Below are positions 1 through 9,721 of a stretch of 64,000 bases of DNA, one piece after another. How positions within the stretch are numbered: the stretch's first letter is position 1; each line of letters starts with the position of its first letter. The notes under the pieces were generated by a model. It was not told the origin of the DNA and did not search any database. It worked only from the letters and a program-made list of their open reading frames with translations. Where the stretch lies: the NCBI GenBank assembly GCA_025360715.1, contig JANYBS010000026.1, forward strand, positions 5,699-69,698, read 5' to 3'. The position numbers were made by a program, and so were the translations under genes. The stretch comes from Candidatus Eiseniibacteriota bacterium. Its GTDB lineage: Bacteria > Eisenbacteria > RBG-16-71-46.

Positions 1-146
1 TCCGGATCGTTGGGATCGTGGACCTCGGCAAGCACGGCCTCGAATGCTTCGGCCGCCCGCGCGAACTCACCGCGATTGAAGTGGAGGATGCCCGCGTTGT
101 AGTGCCGGGTATGCCCCCACTTCATCAGCGAAGAGAGGAAAGCCAT
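1..146 (-). CDS. TPR-like protein, N-terminal part (runs off window)
   Basis: Not in ORF track. ATG at 146, 4 bp after the ftsZ stop, reads MAFLSSLMKWGHTRHYNAGILHFNRGEFARAAEAFEAVLAEV..., which fits the TPR pattern Y-x-x-G...G-x-F-x-x-A-x-x-x-F. Confidence 0.7.
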   Translation of the reverse strand, partial: MAFLSSLMKWGHTRHYNAGILHFNRGEFARAAEAFEAVLAEVHDPNDP

Positions 147-150
147 GACG

Positions 151-1296
151 TCAGTCCATCTGCTTGCGCAGGAACGTCGGCACCTCGAGCGAACTGCCGT
201 TCGAGTCGCCACGGCCCCAATTGGCGCGGGCCTCGCGGCGCTTCCACGCCGGCTCGTCGTAGCTGCTCAGGTCCTCGGTGTTAGCAACCTTGGCGCGGCT
301 GGGACGTTCGACTGCGCGGATCACCGGCGTGACGTGCCCGAAGCCGGTCGCGACGACCGTGACGATGATCTCGCCATCGAGCGACGGATCGATCACCGCG
401 CCAAAGATCACATTGGCATCTTCGCCCGCGGCCTCCATGACCACGTTCGACGCTTCGTTCACCTCGTGCAGGGCCAGGTCGCGGCCGCCCGTGATATTGA
501 GCAGGATGCCTTCGGCGCCGTGGATCGACACATCTTCGAGCAGCGGGCTCGCGATGGCCTTCTGTGCGGCCTCGATCGCGCGGCCCTCACCCGTGGCGCG
601 GCCCGTGCCCATGAGCGCGTTGCCGCGCACCTGCATGACGCTCTTCACGTCGGCGAAGTCCACATTCACGAGTCCCGCGACGGTGACCAGGTCAGCGATG
701 CCCTTGGTGGCCTTGAGCAGCACGTCGTCGGCCACGCCGAACGCCTCGGTGACCGGCGTGCCGCGCTCGACCACCGTGAGCAGGCGCTCGTTCGGGATGA
801 TCAGCAGCGTGTCGACCTCGGCGCGCAACTCGGCCAGGCCTTCTTCCGCCTGACGCATGCGGCGGCGGCCTTCGAAGCCGAAGGGCTTCGTGACCACGCC
901 GACCGTGAGCGCACCCGCCTGCCGCGCGAGCCGCGCCACGACGGGCGCCGCGCCGGTGCCTGTGCCACCACCCATGCCGGCGGTGATGAAGACCATGTCG
1001 GAATCATGCAGCGCGTCGGAGAGCGCCTGCTCGTCTTCTTCCGCCGAGCGCCGGCCCTGCGAGGGATCGCCGCCCGAGCCCAGGCCGCGGGTCGTCTGTG
1101 CGCCGATCTGGATTCGCGTGGGCGCCAACGACTGCGAGAGCGCCTGCATGTCGGTGTTCGCGGCGATGAATTCCACACCGCGCAATCCGGCGCCGATCAT
1201 CCGGTTGATGGCGTTTCCGCCGGCCCCACCCACACCTACGACCTTGAGCCGAGCGGCCACCGTGCGATCGATATCGAGTTCGAACATATCTGGCAC
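151..1296 (-). CDS. ftsZ: Cell division GTPase FtsZ
   Basis: [11 protein letters not shown], tubulin signature [17 protein letters not shown]-terminal [10 protein letters not shown] peptide. Confidence 0.99.
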   Translation of the reverse strand: MPDMFELDIDRTVAARLKVVGVGGAGGNAINRMIGAGLRGVEFIAANTDMQALSQSLAPTRIQIGAQTTRGLGSGGDPSQGRRSAEEDEQALSDALHDSDMVFITAGMGGGTGTGAAPVVARLARQAGALTVGVVTKPFGFEGRRRMRQAEEGLAELRAEVDTLLIIPNERLLTVVERGTPVTEAFGVADDVLLKATKGIADLVTVAGLVNVDFADVKSVMQVRGNALMGTGRATGEGRAIEAAQKAIASPLLEDVSIHGAEGILLNITGGRDLALHEVNEASNVVMEAAGEDANVIFGAVIDPSLDGEIIVTVVATGFGHVTPVIRAVERPSRAKVANTEDLSSYDEPAWKRREARANWGRGDSNGSSLEVPTFLRKQMD

Positions 1297-1375
1297 CTTT
1301 CCTTGTGCGGGGTTGGGCGGCCATCCTGGCCACCGTCATCCTACATCTGTCGTTCGGGATCCCTGCGTGAGGGGA

Positions 1376-2617
1376 TCAGAACAGATTCGTGAACCAGCCC
1401 CGGATGTCGAAACGGGAACGAGCCTTCGCAGTACTGCTTTCCGACGAGAACATGCCGCTGTGGCCGCCTTCCTGGCGGGCCGCCTGCAGCACGAGACCGA
1501 CACCCGTGGAGAAGCGCGGGTCGGCGACGTTGGCGGAGAGCCCGCCCAGGCCGCGCGGGATCCCCAGGCGCACCGGCATCTCGAATACCTGCTCGGCGAG
1601 TTCCGACACGCCCGGCAGCAGCGAAGTGCCGCCCGTGAGGACGACGCCGCCACCGATGAGCGCGGCGAAATGGTTCTTGCGGACCTCTTTGTTGGCGAGC
1701 GCGAAGATCTCTTCCATGCGCGGCTCGATCATCGACGCCAGCACGTGGCGTGAGATCTCGCGGTCCGCGCGGCCGCCCACGCCCGAGACCGGCAGCATCT
1801 CCTCGGCGGGCACCAGCGACGCGAGCGCGGAACCATGCGCGATCTTGAGGGCTTCGGCCTTATCGATCGGTGTGCGAAGACCGATGGCGATGTCGCTGGT
1901 GACGTTGGCGCCGCCGAACGGGATGATCGCCGTGTGGCGGATCGAGCCTTCGTGGAACACCGCGACGTCGGTCGTGCCGCCGCCGATGTCGAGAAGCACT
2001 ACGCCCAGGTCGCGCTCGTCGTCATCGAGCACCGCCATCGACGATGCCAGCGGCTCGAGTACGAGATCGTAGACCTTGAGGCCGGAGCGCTGGATCGCGC
2101 GGCAGATGTTCTTGGCGCTCGTGACCGCGCCGGTGATGATATGGACCTCGGCTTCGAGCCGCACGCCGCTCATGCCGATGGGATCCTTGATGCCGTCCTG
2201 GTCGTCGACGATGAACTCCTGCGGGATCACGTGGATGATCTCGCGGTCCATCGGGATCGCGATCGCCTTGGCCGCTTCGACGACGCGCTCCACGTCGGAG
2301 GGCGCGATCTCATTGTCCTTGCGCGAGACGGCGATCACGCCGCGGCTGTTGATGCTGCGGATGTGATCGCCCGCGATGCCGGCGTAGACGCCCTTGACCT
2401 CGATGCCGGCCATGCGTTCAGCTTCTTCGACCGATCGCGTGATGCTCGCGACCGCCTTGTCGAGGTCCACCACCACGCCGCGGCGAAGGCCATCGCTTGG
2501 CGCGTTCCCGACGCCGACCACGCGCAGTTCTCCCGCGTTGTTCTGGTCCGCGATGATGCAGGAGATCTTGGTTGTGCCGATGTCGAGACCGACGAACGTC
2601 CTTGTCGCCTGGGCCAC
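1376..2617 (-). CDS. ftsA: Cell division protein FtsA
   Basis: GLDIGTTKI, LDIGGGTTD, VVLTGG actin-fold motifs; directly upstream of ftsZ. Confidence 0.98.
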   Translation of the reverse strand: MAQATRTFVGLDIGTTKISCIIADQNNAGELRVVGVGNAPSDGLRRGVVVDLDKAVASITRSVEEAERMAGIEVKGVYAGIAGDHIRSINSRGVIAVSRKDNEIAPSDVERVVEAAKAIAIPMDREIIHVIPQEFIVDDQDGIKDPIGMSGVRLEAEVHIITGAVTSAKNICRAIQRSGLKVYDLVLEPLASSMAVLDDDERDLGVVLLDIGGGTTDVAVFHEGSIRHTAIIPFGGANVTSDIAIGLRTPIDKAEALKIAHGSALASLVPAEEMLPVSGVGGRADREISRHVLASMIEPRMEEIFALANKEVRKNHFAALIGGGVVLTGGTSLLPGVSELAEQVFEMPVRLGIPRGLGGLSANVADPRFSTGVGLVLQAARQEGGHSGMFSSESSTAKARSRFDIRGWFTNLF

Positions 2618-2652
2618 GGGGTTCCCTCCCCTTATGTCGCTCTTGAGTTGTC

Positions 2653-3507
2653 TCAGCTGGGGCTCTGCGGCCCAGCGGCGATGGCCACCGGTGTCGCAGC
2701 GCGCACGATGATCTGTTCCGGGAATCTCACGTCGACCTCTCCGGGCTTCATGCCCTTCTCTGCAAGGTCGGCGAGTGTGGCGCGCAACCCCGTGAGCTGA
2801 CGCATGCTCGCGGGGAATGCGGGACCGACCACGACGGTCCCGTTCAAGAGCACGATGCGCGTCCTGCGCGGCTCCGAAACGTCGACCTCCGAGACCTGCC
2901 CTGCCAGACGAAGTGCATTATCACTCAAGACGGCCATCCATGCGAGCCCTCTCTGCACCGGCGCCGTGCGAACCTGGGTCCCTGCCCGGTAGAAGGAGAC
3001 GTCGACGCCCGAGAGCATCGGGGCATCGGCCACGCTGCCCGTCTGCAGTGGCGCCAGCAGGACGCCGGCGGAATCCACTTCCCACGTCTCGCCGTGCGAT
3101 ATGAGCAACTGCGGGACACGCTCGGTGACGCGGATGCGGATGCCGCGCAGGCTCGACCGACCCACGTCGGCGGTGGCGACGCGCGGGTCGAGCATCACCC
3201 GCTGGCGCACGCGAGAGAGATCGATACCCAGCAGGTCCTGGCCCACGGTCAGCGCGGCGTCCTTGCGGATGCGCTCGGCGTCGAGATAGCGGAAGCCCTC
3301 GACGCGCACGTCGGTGAGGATCGCGTAGCGCTGACGCAGACTGCGCCACGGTACGAGCGCCATCGCCGCCGCGAACGCCGCCACACCGGCGATCAGCAGC
3401 GCGCGGCGCAGGATGACGGCCGCAAGGCCCGCACCCTCGCCGCCGCGTTCCCCGCGGCGCGCGCCGCGCGGATCGCGCTGCAACGCCCGTCCTTGGTAGT
3501 TGCCCAT
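2653..3507 (-). CDS. ftsQ: Cell division protein FtsQ/DivIB (TM + POTRA)
   Basis: Single TM helix, POTRA-like VRVEG...IRVTERVP, C-terminal VDVRFPEQIIVR; position upstream of ftsA. Confidence 0.88.
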   Translation of the reverse strand: MGNYQGRALQRDPRGARRGERGGEGAGLAAVILRRALLIAGVAAFAAAMALVPWRSLRQRYAILTDVRVEGFRYLDAERIRKDAALTVGQDLLGIDLSRVRQRVMLDPRVATADVGRSSLRGIRIRVTERVPQLLISHGETWEVDSAGVLLAPLQTGSVADAPMLSGVDVSFYRAGTQVRTAPVQRGLAWMAVLSDNALRLAGQVSEVDVSEPRRTRIVLLNGTVVVGPAFPASMRQLTGLRATLADLAEKGMKPGEVDVRFPEQIIVRAATPVAIAAGPQSPS

Positions 3508-3552
3508 ATCGAGCCCTCCTGGCTCATGTGCTGCAGGCCGCGAAGCGTGTCT

Positions 3553-4932
3553 CTAGGCCGTCACCTTCTCGCGCAGCTTCTCGAGTAGCGCGTCACCCAT
3601 CTTCCACACGTCACCCGCTCCGAGCGTGATGACGGTATCGCCGGGCTGGACTGCAGCGGCCACTGCTGCGACGGCCTCCGCAGGCGCCGGAGTGTAACTC
3701 ACATGCCGGCCCCCCTGCGCGGCGGCGGATTCCACGACCGTCGCGCCGGAGATACCCGGCAGCGGCTTCTCGCCCGCCGCGTACACGTCGAGCACCCAGA
3801 CGAGGTCGGCGTCGTGGAAGCAGCTCCCGAATTCCTCACGCAGCGCAGCGGTGCGCGAATAGCGGTGCGGCTGGAAGAGCACGAGTACCCGCCCACCCAG
3901 CGTGCGGGCCGCCGCCAGCGTGGCCGCGACCTCGGTCGGATGGTGACCGTAGTCGTCGATCACGCGCACTCCGCCCACCTCGCCGCGGGTCTCGAACCGC
4001 CGCCCGACGCCGCGGAACTCGGCGAGCGCCGCGGCGATGTGTCCGAATCCCACCTCGAGCTCAAGGCCCACCGCGACGGCCGCCAAGGCGTTGAGCACGT
4101 TGTGATGCCCGGGCACACTCAGCTCGATGTCGCCGAGCGTGCGGCCCTGCCAGCTCACCGTGAAACGTGAGCCGTGCGGCGTGAGGGTGATGCCGCTCGC
4201 CTGCACGGCCGCCTCGGGCCGGGTGCCATACAAGGTCGTGCGCTTCGTGACTTGCGACAGGATCCCACGCACATTCGCGTCATCGGCGCAGAGCACACTC
4301 ACGCCGTAGAACGGCACTCGGTTCGCGAAGTAGACGAACGCCTGGCGGATCTCGTCCAGGTCCTTGTAGTGATCCAGGTGCTCGCGGTCGATGTTCGTGA
4401 TGATCGTGACCGCCGGCGCCAATCGCAGGAACGAGCCGTCGCTCTCGTCCGCTTCGGCGACCAGGAAGCGGCCGCGGCCCAACACGGCGTTCGAGCCCAC
4501 TGCGCGCAGCCGGCCGCCCACCACGATCGTGGGGTCGAGGCCGCCGCGGCTCAGGACCGAAGCCACCATGGAGGTGGTCGTGGTCTTGCCGTGCGAACCG
4601 CCGATCGCCACGCCGTACTTCATGCGCATGAGCTCGGCGAGCATGTCGGCGCGCGCGATCACCGGGATCCCGGCGGCGCGGGCGGCGACCATCTCGGGGT
4701 TCTCCTGTTGCACCGCGCTCGAATAGACGACGACGTCGGCGCCTTCCACATTCTCGGCGCCGTGGCCGGTGAAGACGCGGCCGCCGGCGTCGAGGATGCG
4801 GTCGGTCACGTCGGACGACTTGAGGTCGCTGCCCGAGACCTCGTAACCCAGGTTCAGGAGCACTTCCGCGATGCCGCTCATGCCGCTGCCGCCGATGCCG
4901 ATCAAGTGGATGCGGTTCGCGCGGCCGTACAT
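3553..4932 (-). CDS. murC: UDP-N-acetylmuramate--L-alanine ligase
   Basis: IHLIGIGGSGMSG, GSHGKTTT, EADESDGSF, DDYGHHPTE; start re-set to ATG 4932 (MYGRANR), 1 bp after the murG stop. Confidence 0.97.
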   Translation of the reverse strand: MYGRANRIHLIGIGGSGMSGIAEVLLNLGYEVSGSDLKSSDVTDRILDAGGRVFTGHGAENVEGADVVVYSSAVQQENPEMVAARAAGIPVIARADMLAELMRMKYGVAIGGSHGKTTTTSMVASVLSRGGLDPTIVVGGRLRAVGSNAVLGRGRFLVAEADESDGSFLRLAPAVTIITNIDREHLDHYKDLDEIRQAFVYFANRVPFYGVSVLCADDANVRGILSQVTKRTTLYGTRPEAAVQASGITLTPHGSRFTVSWQGRTLGDIELSVPGHHNVLNALAAVAVGLELEVGFGHIAAALAEFRGVGRRFETRGEVGGVRVIDDYGHHPTEVAATLAAARTLGGRVLVLFQPHRYSRTAALREEFGSCFHDADLVWVLDVYAAGEKPLPGISGATVVESAAAQGGRHVSYTPAPAEAVAAVAAAVQPGDTVITLGAGDVWKMGDALLEKLREKVTA

Positions 4933-4933
4933 A

Positions 4934-6073
4934 CTAGAACCCGCCTCCCTGCGCCGACTCCTCGACGGGTGCGGGCGCGCCCTCGACCCAGCGGATGAGC
5001 GACTTGGCGATACGCATCGCCGCATCCGGGCGCGCGAAGAGCCGCGCGTTCGTCGACAGCTTGGACAACGTGGTGCGGTCCGCCAGCAGGTGCGCGACCT
5101 CCTTGGCCAGGCGCTCGCCGTTCAGGTCGCCGTCCAGGATCATCACCGCCGCGCCGCGATCGGCAAGGCTCATGGCGTTGTCGACCTGATGGTCGCGCGC
5201 CGCGTACGGGTAGGGCACCAGGATCGCCGGCAGTCCGCAGACCGCGATCTCGGCCAGCGTCATGGCGCCGGAGCGGCACACCACCAGGTCGGCGCAGGCG
5301 TAGGCCAGATGCATCTGCTTCACGAACGGCTGCACCGTCGCCGGCAGCTGCTCCTTGGCGACGATGTCGCGCACCCGCTCGTAGTCCTCTTTGCCCGTCT
5401 GCAGGATGACCTGGACTTCGAAGCGGTCCTTCAGGCGCCGCAGGGCATCGATGGCCGCTTCGTTGATCGTCTTGGCGCCCAGGCTGCCGCCGAAGACGAA
5501 TACGACCGGCTTGCCGGGCATGAGCTTGAACTCGCGCAACGCCAAGTCACGGTCGCCCGCAAGGATGTGCGCGCGCACGGGATTGCCCGTGACCTTGAGA
5601 TGGTCGCGGCGTGTGAAGTGCGTGCGCGCCTCGAGGAAGCTCAGATGCACCTCGCTGGCGATCCGCGAAAGCAGGCGGTTCGTCAGGCCCGGGTAGCTGT
5701 TCTGCTCCTGCAGCAGCAACGGCCGGCCGAGCAGCCATGCGGCGAACGACACAGGGCCGCTCACATAGCCGCCCGTCCCGAGCACGACCTGCGGGTTCTC
5801 GGTCAGGACGATCAGCAACGCCTGCAGGAAGCCGATCGCGTTGACCACCACCGACTCAGGCCAGCGCCACCATTGACGGCGCGGGAAGCCGCGCGTCATG
5901 AGGAACCGGATGCGGAAGCCCGCTTCGGGGACCGCGGTCGCCTCGAGACCCTGACGTCCGCCGATGAACACCACCTCGCACTTCGGACGCAGGCGCACCA
6001 ACTCCTCTGCGACCGCGATGCCAGGGAACACATGTCCGCCGGTGCCACCACCGGCGATGAGAACCTTCATCAC
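4934..6073 (-). CDS. murG: Lipid II GlcNAc transferase MurG
   Basis: AGGGTGGHVFP, GGYVS, EQN, GNPVR, FGGSLGA, RSGAMT, HQ-x-x-NA motifs. Confidence 0.98.
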   Translation of the reverse strand: MMKVLIAGGGTGGHVFPGIAVAEELVRLRPKCEVVFIGGRQGLEATAVPEAGFRIRFLMTRGFPRRQWWRWPESVVVNAIGFLQALLIVLTENPQVVLGTGGYVSGPVSFAAWLLGRPLLLQEQNSYPGLTNRLLSRIASEVHLSFLEARTHFTRRDHLKVTGNPVRAHILAGDRDLALREFKLMPGKPVVFVFGGSLGAKTINEAAIDALRRLKDRFEVQVILQTGKEDYERVRDIVAKEQLPATVQPFVKQMHLAYACADLVVCRSGAMTLAEIAVCGLPAILVPYPYAARDHQVDNAMSLADRGAAVMILDGDLNGERLAKEVAHLLADRTTLSKLSTNARLFARPDAAMRIAKSLIRWVEGAPAPVEESAQGGGF

Positions 6074-7206
6074 GCCTCCCGGGACCAGCGCTGGCGCGTG
6101 AGCGCCTCGCTCTGATCATTCATCGCGCTGATCCGGTACAGGATCCCGGCCGCAGCCAGGTTCACGAGCAATGCCGAGCCGCCGTAGGAGACGAACGGCA
6201 ACGGCAGCCCCGTCGTGGGGGCAAGCCCGGTGGCGACAGCCAGATTGGCTGCCGCATAGAGACCGATCTGCACAGTGATGCCTCCCGCCACAAGGGCGGA
6301 GAATGTCTCGGTGCAGCGCGCTGCGACGCGCATGCCCCGCCACAGGAACAATGCGATCACCACGAGTAGGAACGTCGAGCCGATGAAGCCCAGTTCCTCT
6401 GCGATGATCGAGAAGATGAAATCCGTGTGTGCTTCGGGGAGGAACATGAGCTTCTGCATGCCCCCTCCCAGGCCACGGCCGAGCAGGCCGCCCGAGCCGA
6501 TCGCGATCAGCGACTGGTCGAGCTGGTAGCCGTGGCCCCGCGCCTCCAGCGAACCGCTGGTCATGAACGAGGCGAAGGTCTGGACCCGCCGCATCATATA
6601 CGGATGCGTCAGGAGTGCCACGAATACCGCCCCGGCGCCCGCCCCGACCGGGGCCAGCAGGTATCGCAGGGGCGAACCGCTCAGGAACAGCACCACGAAG
6701 CCCGTGATCAGCAGGAGCCCGGCCGAACTCAGGTTCGGCTGCAGCAGGATGAGCCCGGCGACCGCGCCGATGAAGGCCAGCGGCGGCAGCAGGCCCTTGA
6801 CGAATCCATGTTCTGCGACCGGCCGGCGCTTGAGCCACCAGGCCAGGAACAGCACCGCGGCCAGCCGCGCCAGGTCGGTCGGCTGAAGCGACATGAAGCC
6901 CACCCGCAGCCAGCGCGTGGCCCCGTTCGACATATGCCCCAGGCCCACGACCAGCACCAGGAGCAGGCAGGCGCCGCCGAGCAGCCACGGCGTCAGGCGC
7001 TCGATGGTCTTGAGCGACACCTTGGTCATGCCGAAGAGCACGGCCATGCCCAGCGCCGTGCGGAAGAGCTGTTGCTTGAGGAAGTAATTCGCATCGCCGT
7101 CGTGCTTCACGAATGCGTAGAACGAACCCGATGAATACACCATCACCAGACCGACCATGGTCAGGATCAGGGTCAGCACGATCAGCAGACGATCGCCTCG
7201 GTTCAC
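6070..7206 (-). CDS. ftsW: SEDS peptidoglycan polymerase FtsW
   Basis: GLVMVYSS, GATRWL, LQP, GYQ, LPEAHTDFIFS, GLPLPFVSYGGS; start re-set to GTG 7206 overlapping the murD stop. Confidence 0.95.
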   Translation of the reverse strand: MNRGDRLLIVLTLILTMVGLVMVYSSGSFYAFVKHDGDANYFLKQQLFRTALGMAVLFGMTKVSLKTIERLTPWLLGGACLLLVLVVGLGHMSNGATRWLRVGFMSLQPTDLARLAAVLFLAWWLKRRPVAEHGFVKGLLPPLAFIGAVAGLILLQPNLSSAGLLLITGFVVLFLSGSPLRYLLAPVGAGAGAVFVALLTHPYMMRRVQTFASFMTSGSLEARGHGYQLDQSLIAIGSGGLLGRGLGGGMQKLMFLPEAHTDFIFSIIAEELGFIGSTFLLVVIALFLWRGMRVAARCTETFSALVAGGITVQIGLYAAANLAVATGLAPTTGLPLPFVSYGGSALLVNLAAAGILYRISAMNDQSEALTRQRWSREA

Positions 7207-8633
7207 GCTTCTCCCCCTTGCGTTGCCTGGGTTCCGTGGGTTCCGTGAGTGACAACGGACAGCAGCCGGGCGACTTCTTCCTTGAAGCGGCGCCCGCGGT
7301 CCTCGTAGTCGGTGAACATATCGAAAGATGCGCAGCCGGGCGACAAGAGCACCACGGCTTCCTCGTCGCGGCTGCGGCCCCGCCGCGCCGCCTCGAATGC
7401 CGCGCGCACCGCCTCGGCCAGCGTGGGTGCGCGCACCGCCGGCACATCGCTCCACGCGCGTTGCATCGCATCGGCACCTTCGCCGATCAGCACGAGTTGG
7501 CGCACATGCTGCTGCACGAGTGCGTGCAGCGGCGCGAAATCCTGGCCCTTGTCGCGGCCACCGGCGATGAGCACCACCTTCTGCGGAAAGCTCTTCAGCG
7601 CCACAGTGAGCGAGTCCGTATTGGTGGCCTTGGAGTCGTTCACGAACCGCACACCCTGCACCTGCCCCGCGCTCTCCAAGCGATGCTCGAGGCCGCCGTA
7701 GGTGCGCAGCACATCGCGCATCGCGGCGATCGGCAGCTCGAGCGGCAGCACGGTGGCGAGCGCCGCGAGCACATTGGACACATTGTGCGCGCCGAGCAGC
7801 CGCAGCTCGTGTCGCGCGAGCAGTCGTTCGCGGCCGCCGCGCCAGGCGAGCATGAGATCCTCGCCGTCGAGAAAGGCACCTTCGTCCACCGCGCGCTCGC
7901 GCGAGAACAGCAGCGGCGTGCCTGCGCCGCTCACGTGCGCCATCACCTCGCGATCATCGGCATTGCGCACGGCCCAATCTTCCGCGCTCTGGCGCGCGAA
8001 GAGTCGCGCCTTGGTGGCGGCATAGGCCGCCACGTCGCCGTGACGGTCGAGGTGGTCGCTCGTGAGGTTGAGCCACGTCGCGACGAACGGCTGCAGGCGG
8101 TCCACGGTCTCGAGCTGGAACGAACTCACCTCGGCGACCAGCAGGCCCGACGCGCTCACGCTCTCGGCGACTTCGCAGATCGGCCGGCCGATGTTGCCGC
8201 ACGCCTCGGCCTCGCGGCCGGCAGCGCGCAGCAGCGCCGCCGTGAGGTCGGTGGTCGTGCTCTTGCCGTTCGTTCCCGTGATGCACACGAGCGGCGCGCT
8301 CGCGGCCAGGAAGCCCAGCTCGAGTTCGCTCAGCACCGGCAGGCCGCGGCGCGCGGCCTCGACCGCCAGCGGATGGGTGATCGCGATACCCGGGCTCCAG
8401 ATCACGAAGTCGCGATCTTCGAGCAACCCCACGTCCTCGCGCCCCCATTCGCACGTCGCGATCGCGGCCAGAGCCCGGGCCGGTTCGCTCAGCGCTTCGG
8501 CCGCGCGCCGGTCACACACGCGCACGTCCAAGCCGTGGCGCGCGAGCAGCCGCGCGGCGGCGATGCCGCTGCGCGCGGCGCCCACGACCAGCGGGCGCTC
8601 GCCCGGAAGCGGATGGCGCGGATCGAAGGTCAC
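7203..8633 (-). CDS. murD: UDP-MurNAc-L-Ala--D-glutamate ligase
   Basis: ITGTNGKSTTT, EVSSFQLE, DHLDRH, NDSKATN, LLSPGCASFDMF. Confidence 0.98.
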   Translation of the reverse strand: MTFDPRHPLPGERPLVVGAARSGIAAARLLARHGLDVRVCDRRAAEALSEPARALAAIATCEWGREDVGLLEDRDFVIWSPGIAITHPLAVEAARRGLPVLSELELGFLAASAPLVCITGTNGKSTTTDLTAALLRAAGREAEACGNIGRPICEVAESVSASGLLVAEVSSFQLETVDRLQPFVATWLNLTSDHLDRHGDVAAYAATKARLFARQSAEDWAVRNADDREVMAHVSGAGTPLLFSRERAVDEGAFLDGEDLMLAWRGGRERLLARHELRLLGAHNVSNVLAALATVLPLELPIAAMRDVLRTYGGLEHRLESAGQVQGVRFVNDSKATNTDSLTVALKSFPQKVVLIAGGRDKGQDFAPLHALVQQHVRQLVLIGEGADAMQRAWSDVPAVRAPTLAEAVRAAFEAARRGRSRDEEAVVLLSPGCASFDMFTDYEDRGRRFKEEVARLLSVVTHGTHGTQATQGGEA

Positions 8634-9721
8634 TGGAGCTTGAACGTGGAAAGCGAGAGCAGCGCCAGCAGCGCGCCGGTGATGTAGAAGCGCAGCACGA
8701 CCCGCGACTCCGCCCAGCCGAGCAGTTCGAAATGGTGATGCAGCGGTGACATGCGGAACACGCGCTTGCCGGTGAGCTTGAACGAGGCCACCTGGATCAT
8801 CACCGAGAGCGCCTCGGCCACGAACACTCCGCCGATGATGACCAGCCAGAACTCGCGCTTGATGAGCACTGCGACCACACCAAGCGCCCCGCCCAGCGCG
8901 AGCGATCCGGTGTCGCCCATGAACACGTCGGCGGGATGGCAGTTGTACCAGAGGAACCCGAGCGCTGCCCCCAGCACCGCCGCGCAGAACACCGTGAGCT
9001 CACCGCTGTACACGAGATGGCTGATATTCAGGTACTGGCTGAATTTAAGATGCCCGCTCACGTAACACATGCCGGCGAGCGCCAGCGCCGCGATGGCGAC
9101 AAGACCCGATGCCAGACCGTCCAAGCCGTCGGTGAGATTGACGGCGTTCGAAGAACCCGTGATCACCAGGATCACGAACGGCACGAACAGCCAGCCCAGG
9201 TCGAGGAAGCGGAATTTCATGAATGGCACGTGGGTGACCGTGGGCGACAGGCCGTGCTCCGGATGCAAGAGGATCGCGAGCCCCACGACCGCACCGATGA
9301 AGATCTGACCCGCGAGCTTGTAGCGCCCGAGCAGGCCCTTGGGATGGTTCTTCACCACGCGCAGGTAGTCATCGAGCAGGCCGATGCCGCCGAGCCACAC
9401 GGTCGTGAGCAGCGCCAGCCACATCTGCCGCGAGTGGAAGTTCCCCCAAAGCAGGCACGGCACCACGATCGACGTCAGAATCAAGATGCCGCCCATGGTC
9501 GGCGTTCCCGCTTTTCCATAGTGCGTCTGCGGGCCTTCCTTGCGCACCTTCTGGCCCAATTTGACGCTGCGCAACCAGTCGATCATGCGCGGCCCGAAGA
9601 TCAGGCTGATGAAGAGCGCGGTCACCGCCGCATATGCCGAACGGAACGTGATGTATCGGAACACGTTCAGGATCGACAGTCCGGGCAGCGTATGAAGTTT
9701 GTAGATCCACTCATAGAACAT
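8630..9721 (-). CDS. mraY: Phospho-MurNAc-pentapeptide transferase
   Basis: KAGTPTMGG, DDY, NAVNLTDGLDGL, FMGDTGS, PLHHHFE. Confidence 0.99.
   Translation of the reverse strand: MFYEWIYKLHTLPGLSILNVFRYITFRSAYAAVTALFISLIFGPRMIDWLRSVKLGQKVRKEGPQTHYGKAGTPTMGGILILTSIVVPCLLWGNFHSRQMWLALLTTVWLGGIGLLDDYLRVVKNHPKGLLGRYKLAGQIFIGAVVGLAILLHPEHGLSPTVTHVPFMKFRFLDLGWLFVPFVILVITGSSNAVNLTDGLDGLASGLVAIAALALAGMCYVSGHLKFSQYLNISHLVYSGELTVFCAAVLGAALGFLWYNCHPADVFMGDTGSLALGGALGVVAVLIKREFWLVIIGGVFVAEALSVMIQVASFKLTGKRVFRMSPLHHHFELLGWAESRVVLRFYITGALLALLSLSTFKLQ

Noticed and set aside
6430-7110. Apparent shift in codon style (CTG/GCC-rich) within ftsW and around 27.9-29.1 kb, hinting at recombination or a chimeric assembly
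   Set aside because: Impression only; cannot be quantified by eye and reading frames are intact. Needs codon-usage and read-mapping analysis.
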